A stretch of 64,000 nucleotides of DNA from Lytechinus pictus (taxonomy: Eukaryota), in contig NC_087252.1 in the NCBI RefSeq assembly GCF_037042905.1, forward strand, positions 18,416,001 through 18,480,000, read 5' to 3'. Under the pieces are notes generated by a model. That model did not search any database. It saw only the letters and a list, made by a program, of their open reading frames with translations, and was not told where the DNA came from. This document shows positions 23,701-38,700 of the stretch, one piece after another. Every line of letters begins with the position of its first letter. Positions within the stretch are counted from its first letter, which is position 1. The translations under genes and the position numbers were made by a program.

Positions 23701-26700
23701 GCTGTCCAGTTCCTCCGAATGGCATCATCTGCATCATCCTAAACATCACGCCATACATTTCCTCGTACTGTGCTTGTGTAAAGTGTGGAACGGCCTGTGG
23801 ATAGCTATGTGGAGGTGTCTGGGTTGTCTGATTGAACATTGCTGGTCGGCCACCCTGAGTACCGGGAGCCTGACCATGCAAATCTACTTGGGCATGAGGA
23901 CCAAATTGGAACTGGGGTCCTGGTGGGGTAGCTACCTGGGCACGAGGACCACATTGGAACTGGGATCCTGGTGGGGTAACTTGGTGGGGACCCTGTGGTG
24001 GGAACAGGCCATCGTTCCATCCTGAAAACCCAAATTGATTAGCCCAGAGGGACTTAGCCCTATCTTCTGGAGAGGCCGAAGGCTGCTGAGTAAAAGCGCC
24101 ACCTGGCCTCCCCCCTGTGAAAAATGAGGGGGCCTCCCCGGCCTGTGTCTGAGAAGATTGGCCTACAGCCCCCTGTGCGCTATGTGCATGGGTGTGCTGT
24201 GGCCAAGCCTCAAACGCCTGGCTTACGGGGGGCTCCTTAGACGGAATAAGCGGAACGCTCGTAGAAGGCTCGTCTCCTTCGGAGCGCACTTCTCTGCGGT
24301 CCACATTATGAGCCGTTGTTGTTGGCTCATAATCAAAGGCGTAAACTAACAGTTCCGCCTTCGGTATATGAGGTATCGACAAGAATGTATCCGGAGTAAG
24401 GTCGGCCGCCTCCCTCGCATGTAGAATGCGGTTGGCGGTGGCCATACCCACTCCGGGCAGACTCATCAATTCCTCAGACGAACACAAGTTGATTTTTATT
24501 CTTGGTATGTTGCTCGCCATCTTGATGTAGAAATTAATCAGAAACAAAAATTAAATTCCAAAATTGAACTGTAATTAACCAAAAATTATCCTGCAGACTA
24601 CTTTGTCTTGCGGATAAAATCAAAATAAATTTGGGACAAAATTAACTTTTTGAAAAAAAAAATGAAAGAGAATTAACAGAACTAACCTCACAATATCCTG
24701 AGAATGTAATCAAATTAAAATCCAGAGGCTACCTTGCCTAAAAAATAAAATTCCTGTATGATTTAATTCTTAGGAAAGAAAAGAAAAAATACAAACAATC
24801 GAACGCTCACTTGTTCAAAGAAAGATATGAAAAATATATAGAAATAATTTCAAATAAATAAATTCTTATTATTTATTTATTTTTTTTTTTCTGTTTTTTG
24901 AACAAAAGTTAATATTTACAAGTACAATTTATCTAAATATATACAAAATTTATTTAATTATACAATTTATAATTAATTGATTGAATATGAATTTAATACA
25001 AATGTCAGCAGCAGCAACAATTCAATTACACAACGGCAGCAGCAATAAACAACAAAATATTCAATACAGCAGCAGCAGCAACAATACAACAGCACAGCAA
25101 CAGCAGCAAAATATTCAATACAGCAGCAGCAGCAACAACAAAATAATTAATACAAGACTGAATTTCCTTATCTCCTGAGACGTGACCAAAAATAATAAAT
25201 TCCTAACAATTAACAGCAGCAGCAGCAGCAAATTTCTGGTGTTTTCTCCAAAAACACCCAGAAATATAATTACAAAAAAAAATACTAACAGCAGCAGCAG
25301 CAGCGCGGCGGTCAAAGGAGAAAAGCAAATTCAGGCTTGTAATAAAATAATCAACTCACAACATCAATAATATTCAGCAATCCATTCACACCACATCAGT
25401 AAACACAGTCAAACGCATTCAAAATTTAATCAAAGTTAATCGCACTCGGTGGCCACAAAAATATATCCTAACGAGGGAAGATTTAAATATATGGTCAACA
25501 AAATGAGTGGATATTTACCCTAACAGTACAACGTATAATGTTTTGTCCAAAAAAATCCGATTAGCTCCTGTCGAGCTAGCCGCTGAATTCCTTCAAGGCC
25601 AGCACGGCAGTGCCGATCGGTAAAAAAATAAGAGTATATTTACGGAACTAAAAATCAAACTTTTTCCACCAAAAAATAAAACCTCAAACTAAAATAATAT
25701 GTTACTTTTTGTTTTATTTAATATTATGGACGAAACAGAGTCAAACAGCTCAAATTAATAAAAAGCCAAAAATTTTCAAGATGGCGGCGGCTTTTTTATA
25801 TTCGGCCACGGCCAACGCAGATTCTGCAACGGCGTTGGCTGTGGCGAAGTAAAGAAAATGTTTTGCCGAAAATAAAATAAAAATTGCTTTAATCCTCGTC
25901 GCCAGTAAAGAGGTGGGCCGATAACATAAATAATAATACACTCACTATACACGTATAAACTTCACACCGGGAGAAAGCCTTACCTTATTCTTGTTATGCA
26001 CAGCTCTCAGGACGTCTGTACCTCTCGGGGGTTGAGTATGGAGTGATGTTAATGGCGTGTATACTGTATATGTATTGTGTTGTGGTTCCTCCCGCCGATG
26101 TGTCATGTGACTTGTGTCGCTTGGGTGCGTGATGTCTTCTGCTTAACTATACTATTAACCCCCTTACACTATAATTTGTTGACCGATTTTGAATTTTTTG
26201 CTTCCATCTGGATTCTGGTAGAGCTTCATGAGGTTCACGAAACTTTTACACAGAATTTTTAAATTTTGACTAGAACAATTTTTATGCTAATTTATGCAAA
26301 ATTGATTTATGCATATTTTTATAAATTCACATAAAATGCTTCTTCTTTAATTGTTGAAAAAAAATTGGGGGTGGGGAACTTCAGGGAAAAGAGGGTATTT
26401 TATCTTCGGCTCCAGAACGGGTAATCGGATTTCAACCAAATGGGGTAGGAATCAACCTTATGGGTGGGGAATCCAAAGTTGTGCAAATGGTACCCATGGT
26501 CCCAAGGGGGGCCCAGGGGGAAGGCCCCCAAGGGGCAAAACACTGTAGATTTTCAACATCTTCTTCTCCAGATCTAGAAACAGAATAGTTGAGGTTTAGG
26601 GCGTTTTTTCTAGTTAGACTTCAGAGAGCTTGCATTAAATATGAATTTATCCTTCAGCTCAGGTGAGCGTAAAGCCCCCTGGGGCTCTTGTTTAATTTTA

Positions 26701-29700
26701 TAAGCTAAATGTTGCAGAAGTATCCAGCCGCGCGACGAGGACGCATTTTGAAAGGCGGGCACGTGAATTACTGCTGTCAATCAAAACTCTTGAAAGTAAT
26801 TGAGGAATAATAAAAGGCCAAAAATTTAACTTTAAAGAAAACGTTAATTGGGATGATTGTCAATTTGAGTTGGAGGGATTAAGCAACCCTGCTAGCTATA
26901 GAAGCATTACTTTAATTGCATCTGTTCTGGTGGGCCCATTTCCAACAAAAGAGGATCTTGTAACTTGAATTTTGATTGAAAATCCCATCTATAGAAGATG
27001 GTCCAGGCAGAGCAAGACAGTGCTTGCCAAAAATGTTTGTAGGCCTATCTTGGTTAGACCATTGCACCTTCCATCATGAATTAATTTGATAAGAATAGAT
27101 TTTCATTTTGGACATTATTTGCTGAAATAATAGTGTTTCCTTGAACAACAAGACCACACGACCTTTCATCCAACGTTCCTTCAACCCCTGTTTTGAAGGT
27201 GGCTGTGGCTTACCCCCCCCCCCTCAAAAAATAAAAATTGAGGTTTCCCCCCCCCCCCTCTGGGTCTGAACTTGCAGAAACTACTAGATACTGGAAGGGC
27301 TCTAGAAGCCAGTGAAAAACAAGCTGGGGTATTAGAAAGAGAGAAAGAGCTAACCTGTTACTTATTTACTGCCTTTCATTGTAAATGCAATAGAAGTGTA
27401 TAATAGATTAATAGATTAAAATGTTTTTTTAACTATTAGGAATATGATTTTTTTGCACACAACTTTTGTACAGCAATAGGACCCCTTCAGAGATCCAGAT
27501 CCAGCTCCAAGCTTCACCTAGTGAAGGAAGGAATTCCACATCTCGAAGGTAGATAAGTAATTATTTATTATTTAAATAAACAATGTAACTTGTTAGTAGA
27601 TTCATGAGTATACACCCTGTCAGTAGGCAGGTTCTCAAGAAGTAGTCTTTCATCAAAGTGATATGCGTGATGTATGCAGGTTCTGCATACTTATTGAGCT
27701 GAGTGCGAATCAAAACGCCTCTTCAGTTCTGTCATTGCTGCTCCAAATCTTTGTCAAATTTAATGTCTTGGGTATCTATTTAAAGGAGAAGTATCATTCT
27801 CTGCTGCCATTGACTTTAATCTTAAAAATTCTATGTAAATGTTGTTGACATTTCGGATAAAAAATGTGATACAAAAAAATTATTTCTACCTGAAAAAAGT
27901 TGTTATTTAACAGTTTATTTTTGTTTGGGCTGAAATAATTTTTGTATCATGACAAAGCTGAGAATATATGCTTTAAGATGATACAAGTTTTGAAAGCAGT
28001 TGTGGTTTAATCGAGTCAAGATCACACTTTATATAGACCAAGTACATTTAGCAGCTTTCAAACAAGAATACTGTACTCTGACTGGTTAAGAGACCACACA
28101 CGCCCACAAATCCCTGATGTTTCCATGCTGGGGCCCCTCCAAGGTCACACTCCCTGTGTGGTAATCCCTTCAAGTTATCTGCGCTTGCTTATTTTGAAAC
28201 CCCATTCAGCCAATCAGAACTCTGGATTTTATGCTATTCAAATTTTAAGAAATCTCATTTTATGACTATATCATCACAATCTCTGTTCTTATATTGTGGT
28301 AGTTCTCCGCAGTCGACGAAAGTATGGAAAAATTTTCAATTATAAAGTAATTTTTGTAATTTCTCTTTTTGTCACAATAATACAAAGTCTAGGAAAGTAC
28401 AATCTTGCACTTACGAATGGAATTGCACAGTAATGAATACTGAATGCAGTTCTGTTAGAATAACGGATATTTGAAAACCATTGTAGTTGGTTTTTAAGAA
28501 TTGTCAGTTTACCTTTTCATTATATTTCCATTTTTTTAATGTTTTTTACTATCACATACTAAATGCAGTTTCACTATTTTTTTTATTTTCACTTACAGGC
28601 AATCGTCGCTGCAAGAACATAGTCGTCTCTTTCGGGTAAATTATTTTGTTATTGACATTTATACTTACTACACATATGTTTTATAACTTAATTTTTCAAT
28701 TCAAATTTGACTATTTTCGGCAGCAAGTCTATAATTTCATAATTTGCAGGACAAAGCCACTTTTCTCCAGACACATTCGTTTATTACAGCTCATGTACAT
28801 GTATGAAGATCTAGCCGGGGGGGGGGGGGGCACTTCCATTGATGAGTGGATACCATGAGCGACCATGGGGTCTCGAAAAGCACCCTAAACACGTATTTTC
28901 CATTTTCTGAAAATGCACCCCTTAACAAGTATTGGCGTGTGAAACACTACCCTTAACAAGTATTGGAAACAAAACGATACTCTTGGCAAGTTCCTTGAAC
29001 TGACCCCTAAACAGGTACAACGATATGTCGGTCGTCGGTTTTACCTTCACCCACATCATTGGGTTTGGTACAGCCCCACCTCCCACATATCGCGCAAATT
29101 GTTCTCTAAACACGTAGTGTAGACTCTATTGGGGCAAAAGTACATCATTTATAAGACATTTTAGTCTTAATTTTTTACACCCTCGCAAATTTGACCCTGA
29201 ACACGTAGCTTTCCTAGCGAAAATAGATACCCTTTATTCATTATTTTAGTGTTTTTGACACCCTTATCACGCTACGTAACGGTACTTAACGTGCTCAATC
29301 TTGAAAAAGACATCCTTTTTACGTGTTTTTTTGGTCGCGCATGGTATCCACTCTTCAATGTAAGTGGTCCCCCCCCCTCGGGAGATATAGAAAGGGCACA
29401 AAAGTGTCCATGACCAAGTAGTGGTATTTGAGAGGGCCATTATGTTCAATTAAAGAAGCATCAGATTCGGTGACTTTTGTGGCTTTTGATAGAATAAAGC
29501 CCTGGGCCCCTTTGCATAAAAGTTACTATTATGGTAACTTTGCCATCCAATGGTAACTACCATAGTAATGCTGATCACTAAGCAATCAAAATCAAGGTTT
29601 CCATGAAAGTTACCATAATGGTAACTTTTATGCAACGGGCCCCTGGACTGGATTTGTTATATAAACAGCACGAGAATACTCATTTTTTCATTAACTTTAT

Positions 29701-32700
29701 CTGCTCACATGTACATTTCATAAAAAAAAGGTTAGCCAACCTTAATGAATCATTGCAGGAGCATCATTTATTTGTAAACTGGAAATACATGTTAATGCCA
29801 TGTTACAATGAAGAGTTTAGCTTTTCATTGGTAAGGAAGGAAATTGCATAATTGTCTATAAAGTCAATTGACAAAAGCGATTTTATAACATATAATGAGA
29901 TGCCTTTCTAAGATAGCTAACATACTCATCTCTGTCAGTTTTACCACGTGTCAACTTATGAATGCCCAGAGATTCTTTCTGGCCAATAAGGTCACCAAAT
30001 GAGACCTATCCTAGCAACAAATGAAGCATTTTATTTTCTCTTCAAAGAATCTCCAGTAAATAAAAAACCAAAATGTACCAGCTGCAATCCTCCCCCCCCC
30101 CAAAAAAAAAAAATAAGGAGGCAATGACGTTCAGTGATGTGTGACACTTGAAGCATAACCATGGTATTGAAAAGATAAAGACTAGATATTAATTTCATTG
30201 CAAATTATTTGTCCACACTGATTCGTTAAAGTTGAGTAACCTTTCTTTCTGGGAAGCGCCGTATAAAGCTGATGCAATGCACAATGCCTAAATGGAGTGA
30301 CATTGTTGAATATGGCTCTTTCAGATTAGTGGTGTAACGTCTAAATTGGCAACTTTTTGACTTATGTAAGTAACCTGAAGAAAAATACATAACCCCTTTG
30401 CTATATAAGCTCTAAAAGTGTTACATTTGGTGGCATAAGAAGATTGTATGACTAATCTTTTCAGATTCGTGACCCAATAATACAAATAGTCCACTTATGC
30501 TATGACATTTTATTTATACATGTTCATGCATTATTTGAAAGTTTAATTTGTCATGAAATTAATCTTTATTCATGACTGAAAATATATTTACATAAGTTAT
30601 GAAAATGAAAGTTTCTGAAATATCTTTTCAAGTAATCTAATTTTGATGAATAAAAAACACATATTCGGGCCTGCCTGTCACCGCACCAGCTTAGATAAAT
30701 GGGAACTGCATTCTGACTATTTCATTACAAGGTGCACATGGAAAAGTTGAACACAAGTGACATTTTGTGAAGTATATTTATACCTCTGTCTGGGGTTAAT
30801 TCTCCTGTAATATTTCAGTTACAAAAACCCCATTAAATTGGGCTTCGGGTGTCATTTTGAAGTGCCTTTTATTTTGTATTTTGTGTAATAGATTAAAAGG
30901 AAGAAATTTAGTTAATGGAAAATATACCAATTGGTTTGTGTATGTAAAATGTAAAACTTGGGGAAAATTCTTGTTGTTTGGTTAAGAAAAAAAAAATACT
31001 TATCTCTTTCAGTATGCATCCCGTGCTTCCCAACAAGTACACCTACCCAAAAAAAGTAAGTATGAATCATCAGTGCAAAATATATGAGGAATCCTTTGAA
31101 AATTTGTATTCAAATTAAATAATAATAGTAAAAAGTAGATTGAATTTTAAAATGTGATCATGGTTAAACTCAACATTTTTTTCTAAAGGATATTTAAAGG
31201 TTTTGATGTATTTTATGCCTCTGCCCATCTAAGGCATTATGTTTTTATGGTCCGTCTGTTTTAGTACTCTCCATAACTTAATAACCGTTGAATGTCTCAT
31301 TTTTAAAACTTGGTTCATGTATGTATATTGGAGGGACAATGACGTGATTACATTTGTGGGTCACGAGGTGAAAGATGAAGGATCATAAAGGTCACATAGG
31401 TGAAATGGCTCGTTCCTATGATAACGTAAGAACCAATTGACAAATCAATTTCAAACTTGGCTCAAGAATGTTTATGGGAGGGATTGTCATCCCCTGGGAT
31501 TCAAAGGTTAAAGTTCACAGCCTTTTCTTGAATAAGCTGAAAAACCATCTTTCGATTCAAGTTCAAACCTGGTACATTTTACCTCCTGAGAATGATCTGA
31601 TTACATGTTTTTGTCACAAGGTCAAAGGTCGAATTTCAAGAAGTCCTTTTAGAATGTAAATGGCTTCTTTGCACAATATCTTGAGAACTATTATGAAAGT
31701 CAAACTTGGCCATGTATATGTACTGGAGTGGAAATTATTTCATTAGATTTGGGGGCAGTGGTCTCTACAGTCATTTTTATGCCTCCGCCCACTGAAGGTG
31801 GCTGCCGGAGGCATTATGTTTTCGGGTCGTCCGTCCATCCCACTTTCGTTCTCACGATAACTAAAAAACCGGTCAACTAATCTTGGCTCGAGGATACATA
31901 TCTATGTGACGATGAGCTGATTAGTTTTTGGGGTATCAAGGTCAAAGGTCAAGGTCATAGAATTCAATAAAATACATAAAAATAGACCGTTCTCGCGATA
32001 ACTCCAAAACCATTCGACGGATCAAATTCAAACTTGGTTCATGTGTGCATATACAAGTGACAATTATCTGAGTAGATTTTGGGGTCTCACGGTCAAATCT
32101 CAAGATCACAGGGTTCAATCGAGTTCATATGTCTGCTTTTTTGGAGAAACAGTTATGTGACTAGATTTTGAAGTCACAAGATCAAACAAGATCAAGGGTT
32201 TAGTGTTTTTTCATTATGGAAATAGAAACTAGGAAATATATTTCTTGGCTCCCTAACACAAAGTTTTGTAATCCATCGCTAAATGGCAATAGCCAATCAC
32301 AATCATTGTGGTATGCACATTTTGTTCAAAACACTAAACGGTAATCAATCAGGAGTGTTATTTCATATTAGCAATCCATCGCAAACCTTTGTGTTACGGA
32401 GCTCTGGTCTGGCAGTGGCGGAGGCATACATTTTGACCGTGTTCGGTCGAAGATTCATCTAGTTACCAATTGCATGACCAATGTGCATATTGTTTTACCC
32501 CTTGTCATAAAGTGATAACTATTTGATCGCATTCTCCAATTAAAGTTTGTGAAAATGCAAAATGTGCAATATATTTCAGATCTTGTGAAGGCAAAGGCAT
32601 TAATTTTGACTGCGTGCAGTCCAGAATCCATCAAGTTGTAATTCAATTTGAAATAATAACAGAAGGACATTTCTGTGTACATCAACTACAAGTATTGATG

Positions 32701-35700
32701 TATTGTGTATATTTACATTTTATGCTTTTATTGAGAAGTAAGACGGCATGTTTTCATGCCTCTACCACCAAAGGTGGCATCGATTGTCTGTAATGATTTT
32801 TTTCTTCTGGAATAACTAGAGGCAGCTTTAAAACGGAATTCAACCATGGTCAAGATTATTAAAAAAAAGAATAGGAAAAACAGATTGCTGAAAGTGTGGA
32901 AGAATTTGGACCAGGAATAAGAAAGTTGTGGCTGTTTTAAAAATGAGATCACTAAGACTATGTAAATTTCAAATTGGCAACTGAGGAAGTTGTGATCATT
33001 TGAATTAAATTTGGGGTTCCTTTGAGCCTTAAGGTTACAGGTCACTTGTTAAAAAAACTTCTCTTTCTTTTTTCACTCAGTGCACGAAAATAAAAATCCA
33101 TGTTTCGTTATGGACCAGAATGATTCTTGTCAAAAAATTCTTAATTCTTTTGTGTGAATGTCCTTGTAATGTTTCATTTTACAATTCACCTCTTTACAGG
33201 GAAGATAAGTACTTTCAGCAGGATTTTAATATGTCTTCCTGATTGTAATCAGGAAGACGTCCCCACAAAAGAGGAAAAGGCGATCTTAAAAAACAACAAC
33301 TTGGGGGAGAAGGTTGTCAAGTTCGATAAAGAAGGGGATGCTCACCATGTTAACGAGAAGATCTTAAGGTGATTTTTTTTACAATGCTATTCTCCATTTG
33401 GAAAGGATTTAATCAAAGGCTAAACATTCATGATGATTGACAAACAATTTTACAGCAGAGACTAGTACTTTCATTCCATTATTCTCTACTTATACTAAAG
33501 AGCCTTCAGATAATTTGCAGCATATAAACTAAGTGCCATTTTTACCCATGCCATTTTTACCTCTGCCATTTTTACCTCTGCCATTTTACCTCTGCCATTT
33601 TTACACCTAACCTGTGAAATACCCCAGGACATTCACTTCTAGGACAGCAATACCTGGGTATAATTGCCCCAGCCAGATTTCGCTGGAATATTATCCCCTC
33701 GGTTCATTTTCCCATGAAAAAATAATTTTTGACCACCTAACAGATCATAAATGTCCTAGAGAATGATTAGTCAATGTTACATATATCATTTTTCAGAGTA
33801 ATTTGGCCTGCTCATTATGGCCCTACTGTCAATTCTATTGGGGACTGTTTTCAGGACATAGATATTGAAGGCAATAGTACATGTAATATAGTCATCAAAC
33901 AAAGGAATATTTCAAAATGAATAGGCTGTGTTAAGGACAAAATATGAACCCATTGTGGACAGCAGACCAAGAGGGGTACCTGCTTTCATCAAAGTAACAA
34001 GTTTGATATGAAGAACTGAATAAACTGGCTCTACAGGAGAGAACATTTCCCATCCAGATGATCAGACATACCCGGACAATATTTACTCTTGAGACTCTTA
34101 CTGCCAGAACATTTACTGGTATTCCACCACCCCTATCTCTAGGAAATATTCCTAGGACAATTACCCATAAGGACATTTCTCTTTTGTCAGTTGTTTTAAA
34201 CCGTCCATTCTTTTGGGGTGTATTTGCTGTAATTGTCCTTCCAGAGAACTTGTCCTGGTAAGAATTGTCCTAGGGGTAATTACCCTGGATGTAATTGTCC
34301 AGGAGGCCAGTTGATAGAAAGAATAAAGATTTATTGTAGTATTCATATATTTATCAAAAGTTAGCTATTATGAATACTTCTGAAAGTTCTTTTACTGATA
34401 CAAGCCTTTAAAAGGAGTTGGTCTAATACTTTTTTTTCAGGGCTGTATGTCCAAATCCTTTGAGACTTGCAAAGAAGTCTCAGTTAAAGCATAAATGTGC
34501 AAGATAATTTTGATGAATAAAAAAATACTAGCCACCTGCATGGTATTGATGTGTATGATTTTGTTTCCCTCTTAATACAGTACCATAACAAGTAGTTGTC
34601 TATTGCAGGCGAGACAATATGTATGCCATTTGATTCATTATATTTCTATATTTCATCTTCTTTGAAACAGTGCTTATCAAAAGGAAGAGCTAAAATTTGG
34701 GTTTGAATTAATGACCCTTAAGACAAGGTCAAGGACGGTCTTAGAGGTAGTCCACGTAGGCCCCTGCTCTGCTGAGGATTTACAACTTCTGAGCACACAG
34801 AAAATATACATCAGGCCGATGCAGAAAAACATTTTGCTTGAGGAGAACACCCCTCCAGCCAATGATGATATGCTTCCGTGCGTCCTTTGTGGGGCCATAT
34901 TCCTGACATCGGAAATGAGACAGCACAACGAGACATGCAAGAACTTGGTAAGTTTGCGTGAAAATTCTAACAAAATAACCTCTACTGTTTTGAACAGATC
35001 TTTAACTTGGTTCAAGGTTTTGTTTGTCTCTTAGCTCAGTGTATTATAAATGTTCTATTTGTTTGTACTGTACTATGTGCCATAGTGCAAGAAGGTAATT
35101 GGTGCCCTTACTTTGCTCACTCCTTGACTTTGCAATGGTGATGTATCAAATCGGCAAGGTCAGATGAGGACATAGGTAAAAGGTCAAGTTTTAATAAACC
35201 TGATATGAATTTATGTACTGTTATTATACTTCTGCACTACATGGAAGAGGATATTCTGGTTACACAGTCCAAGACTATGAGATTCTTAAACCTATTAGAA
35301 TCAATTTCCTGGCTTGCTCAGTTCAATTACATTTTGAAGAACAAACCGTCCAGTGTGGTTGCTGCTTTGATCTATTTGGTTGGACCTTTATCATGAGTAT
35401 GGGGGAAAATTCAAAGCAATTGGCTCTTTTAATAGGAACTCTAGTAACCAATTTTTAAAGGTAAGAATTGACTGTATATTGTGTATAAAAATGGACTCTG
35501 AAAGAAAAAAATACTACCTGAGCAGAATATGCTTATTCCTTATCCCTTTTTCTGATTTAATTTAGGTCAGTTTCCTCCACGATAGTGGATTTGAAAGCTC
35601 TAACAAAATATATTGCATTATATGAGTACTGATTACTTAATTTCCAATTTGTGTAATTTCTTCCCAATTTATTGTGGGTTTCAATAAGAATGAGCCACAT

Positions 35701-38700
35701 GATAAATTTGTCCATATTTTATGTAATTCCCTTAATTTTTGTGTTATCACAGGAGGAAACCACAGGCTGTGATGAGCCGCTTGTATTATCAGACAGTGAT
35801 GTATCTTCGGTTGGTATACAAATGCTTCGGTTATTATTTGAAAATTTAGTGGATTGTGCAGGATACATGTATTTCAATCTTTCCAGGGATATAATTAAAA
35901 TGCTTAGTTTACATTTGGCCTGCAATGCTTTAACGAAGCCTGTGTCCAGCCCGTATCTCGTATTCCGTGCGGCTCCCATTTGCATGGATATTGCGCAGTC
36001 ATCCCATGGCAACCCTACAGCGTTTCTGCGTAGCCTCTGTACAGATTTGCACTGGCTTGCCCTGGAGGGGCCTATACAAGAAATGGCACAATGCCCGTAG
36101 ACAGTGTAAACGCATATGCCATAGCCAGTAGCCAATAAGATGTCCTTAAAATTGCAAGGCAAATTGTAGACCATTTTTATCTGCATTGCACCCGGGGAAA
36201 ATGTAAACCAGGCATTACTGATCATCTTCCCTAGAGTTGATTTTAGATGTTATAAGATAAACTTTAAATCTGCCTCAAAATAACTTTAGATATTTATTTG
36301 ATAAAAGATAAAAGATAATTAATATTGCGTTAACCACACAACAACAAATGTAGGTTGTGAGAGTTAAATTTGACAGTTTACCTCAAATTAATCAAAAAAT
36401 GTTATTCTGTTGAATGTATGATTGGCTGGATTCTGCCTTGACTAGACTTTGTTAGGGCTCCACACTTTATTTTTTTAAACGTGGGTGTGGTTCACCCTTT
36501 CTTTGGTTTCTGTATACAGGGTGAAAAAAAAAAAACCTGTCAACACTTCCCAAAAAAATTGTCACAATTACATTCCAAAATATATTAAAAAAAATTTTCA
36601 TATTGAGAGATGCCCACTAGTCTTATCTATCAAGTGCCACAAACAAAACAACACGCTTGGGCGAATGTCTATTGATTTTGCCTAGAGTGTGAAAAATGAC
36701 TTGTGCCAAATTAAAATACGTGGGAAACTTAAACCAGCAATCTCAATGAGCACTTCCATTCAAAGTAAATTACTCTTTTTTTAGCTGCCACGGGGGGGGG
36801 GGGGGGGGGGGGGGGGGAAGGTTTCCCCTCTGGATCTGCCACTGGTTGAGTAATGGATACACTGACTGATTGAGAAATTGATTGAATACTTAGAGTAGAT
36901 TGACTGGTTGATTTACTTATTAATGGATTAAGCACTTGATTAATTAACTGATTTATTGATTGTAGATTGAACTTACTACCTGATTAACTGACTGACTAAA
37001 TGGTTGAATGACTGACCAATTTGTTGGTTGATGTATTGGTATTAATGGTTTGATTGTTGATAGATTAATTAATTGATTGATTGAATAATCGAAGATGTAT
37101 TAATTTGGGACATTTCTTCTTGACTGGATGAATGGCATGTGGATTTGATGTGCATCTGGATACTTTGCTTAAACAAGATCTTGAAGAGTAATTAAACGTT
37201 GTTAATTCTCACGCATGCATAAAACAATGCAATCATTAGAATTCTGATTTTTAAAAAAATCCACAAAGGTACTGGTCTATCATAGATAATCATAAATTTA
37301 TGCCAAAGAGTAATTTATTTGAATGGAGTGCTTATTCAAACTGCTGGTTTAAATGTCCCTCTTCTTGCAATTTGGCGCAAGTCATTTCTCACACTGTGGA
37401 CAAAAATGATCAGTGTTTGCCAAGCGTGAATGAAAAGTTGTCTCGCAAGTGGCACATGATAAATGAAAATATTGGGCATCCATCAATCTGAACAAATCTT
37501 TTATATATTTTGAATTGTAATAGTGACAGATTTGTCAAGTGTTTTTTTTTAACACCCCGTATAAAACATTTTTTATTTTGTAAATTTGGGAGGTAATGTT
37601 TGCCAGGCACCTGCTGGTGTGGAGGCCTGCAGTTTATTGTTTGTGCAAGAACATTTGCATTTCTCTGCCTTATTCATTGGTCATAATGTCCAATTTGATG
37701 TTGGAAACTGGAAAAGATATTGCATACTTTTGCTGCCAACTCAAATAAATCATTATGCAAAATATTTAGTGTTTTACAGGTCATCTCATGGTCAACTTTT
37801 CATACTGACGCTTTAAACCAAGCTGATTATGTTTTCACTATTCATATTTAATTTAAAAATAAAAGATAAAAACATTTTTAAAGAGTTTTGAATTGGGGAA
37901 TACTTGCCCTTATAATTTAATTTAGTCTGCAAATTACACTTACCACAAATACTAAATGCATATGTATTCATTTTTCAGGCTATACTAGTACAAAGTGAAC
38001 CATCATCAGATGATGAGCTGCCAGCTGGGATTTTAAATGAGCTTCCACGCAAGGTCAGTATGCAAATGAGCAGACCGATGAGGTCATCCACTCGCTATTT
38101 ATTTTATATTTTATTATATGAAATATGAAATATCTGAATTTTTTCTATATTACATTTTTCAAAAAGGTTTGATTCCTCCCTTAACATGTGGGGAATTCAT
38201 TTCTGCAATATACTATGATTCAATAAATAGCTCCCTTATTGACAACTGCAAAATTTGATATAGTCTGTATATTATGCTTGTTAAATTTTTCTCTTTTTAT
38301 TCAATTCAACTTTGGGTGGACTTGCCCTTTAAGCTAGGCATTTCAATTTATCCTGTTCTTTTCTCACACATTGAATAAATGGAAATTCTACAGGCATTAT
38401 GAGCCTCGTACAAATCTGACTTAAATGAACATTGATATAGATAATGGTTAATTTGGAAGATTTTTGTGGGTATGGTGTTCTGTAATGAATCTGTGATGTG
38501 CTGGTCAGAGAATAGCAAGAGGAGAAATTGTAAAAAGTAACCGTGGATGCAAAGTGCATTAGTGTATACAAAAGTGTACAATGCAACTGAAAGCTGAATC
38601 TGCCGAAACCACAGCATGCATCAACCAATCAAAAGCAAGCATTTGACAGATATCTGTTGATGCCCTGTAGCTGCAAACTAGTTATATCTATTATTGATCC

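Larger units (their letters stand above)
15722..26173 (-). mobile_element. Full-length Ty3/Gypsy LTR retrotransposon (gag, pol, TatD ORF3)
   Basis: Two 268-bp LTRs, ATTT TSD (15718-15721 / 26174-26177), PBS, PPT, PR-RT-RH-IN order. Confidence 0.97.
15370..26692. mobile_element. Non-autonomous repeat (Helentron/HINE-like) split by the Gypsy insertion
   Basis: Similar atgctaatttatgc...aaattcac..aaatg.ttc units on both sides (about 15670 and 26284); ends in tcaggtgagcg...gcccctggggctcttgtt hairpin. Left boundary approximate. Confidence 0.4.

Noticed and set aside
17052..24349. Many + strand ORFs overlapping gag/pol/TatD
   Set aside because: Antisense shadows of GC-rich coding sequence with no recognisable motifs
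26718..26795. Extra HECT-gene exon after ttgcag
   Set aside because: In the phase set by the strong donor at 15121 it hits a TGA; the model closes without it
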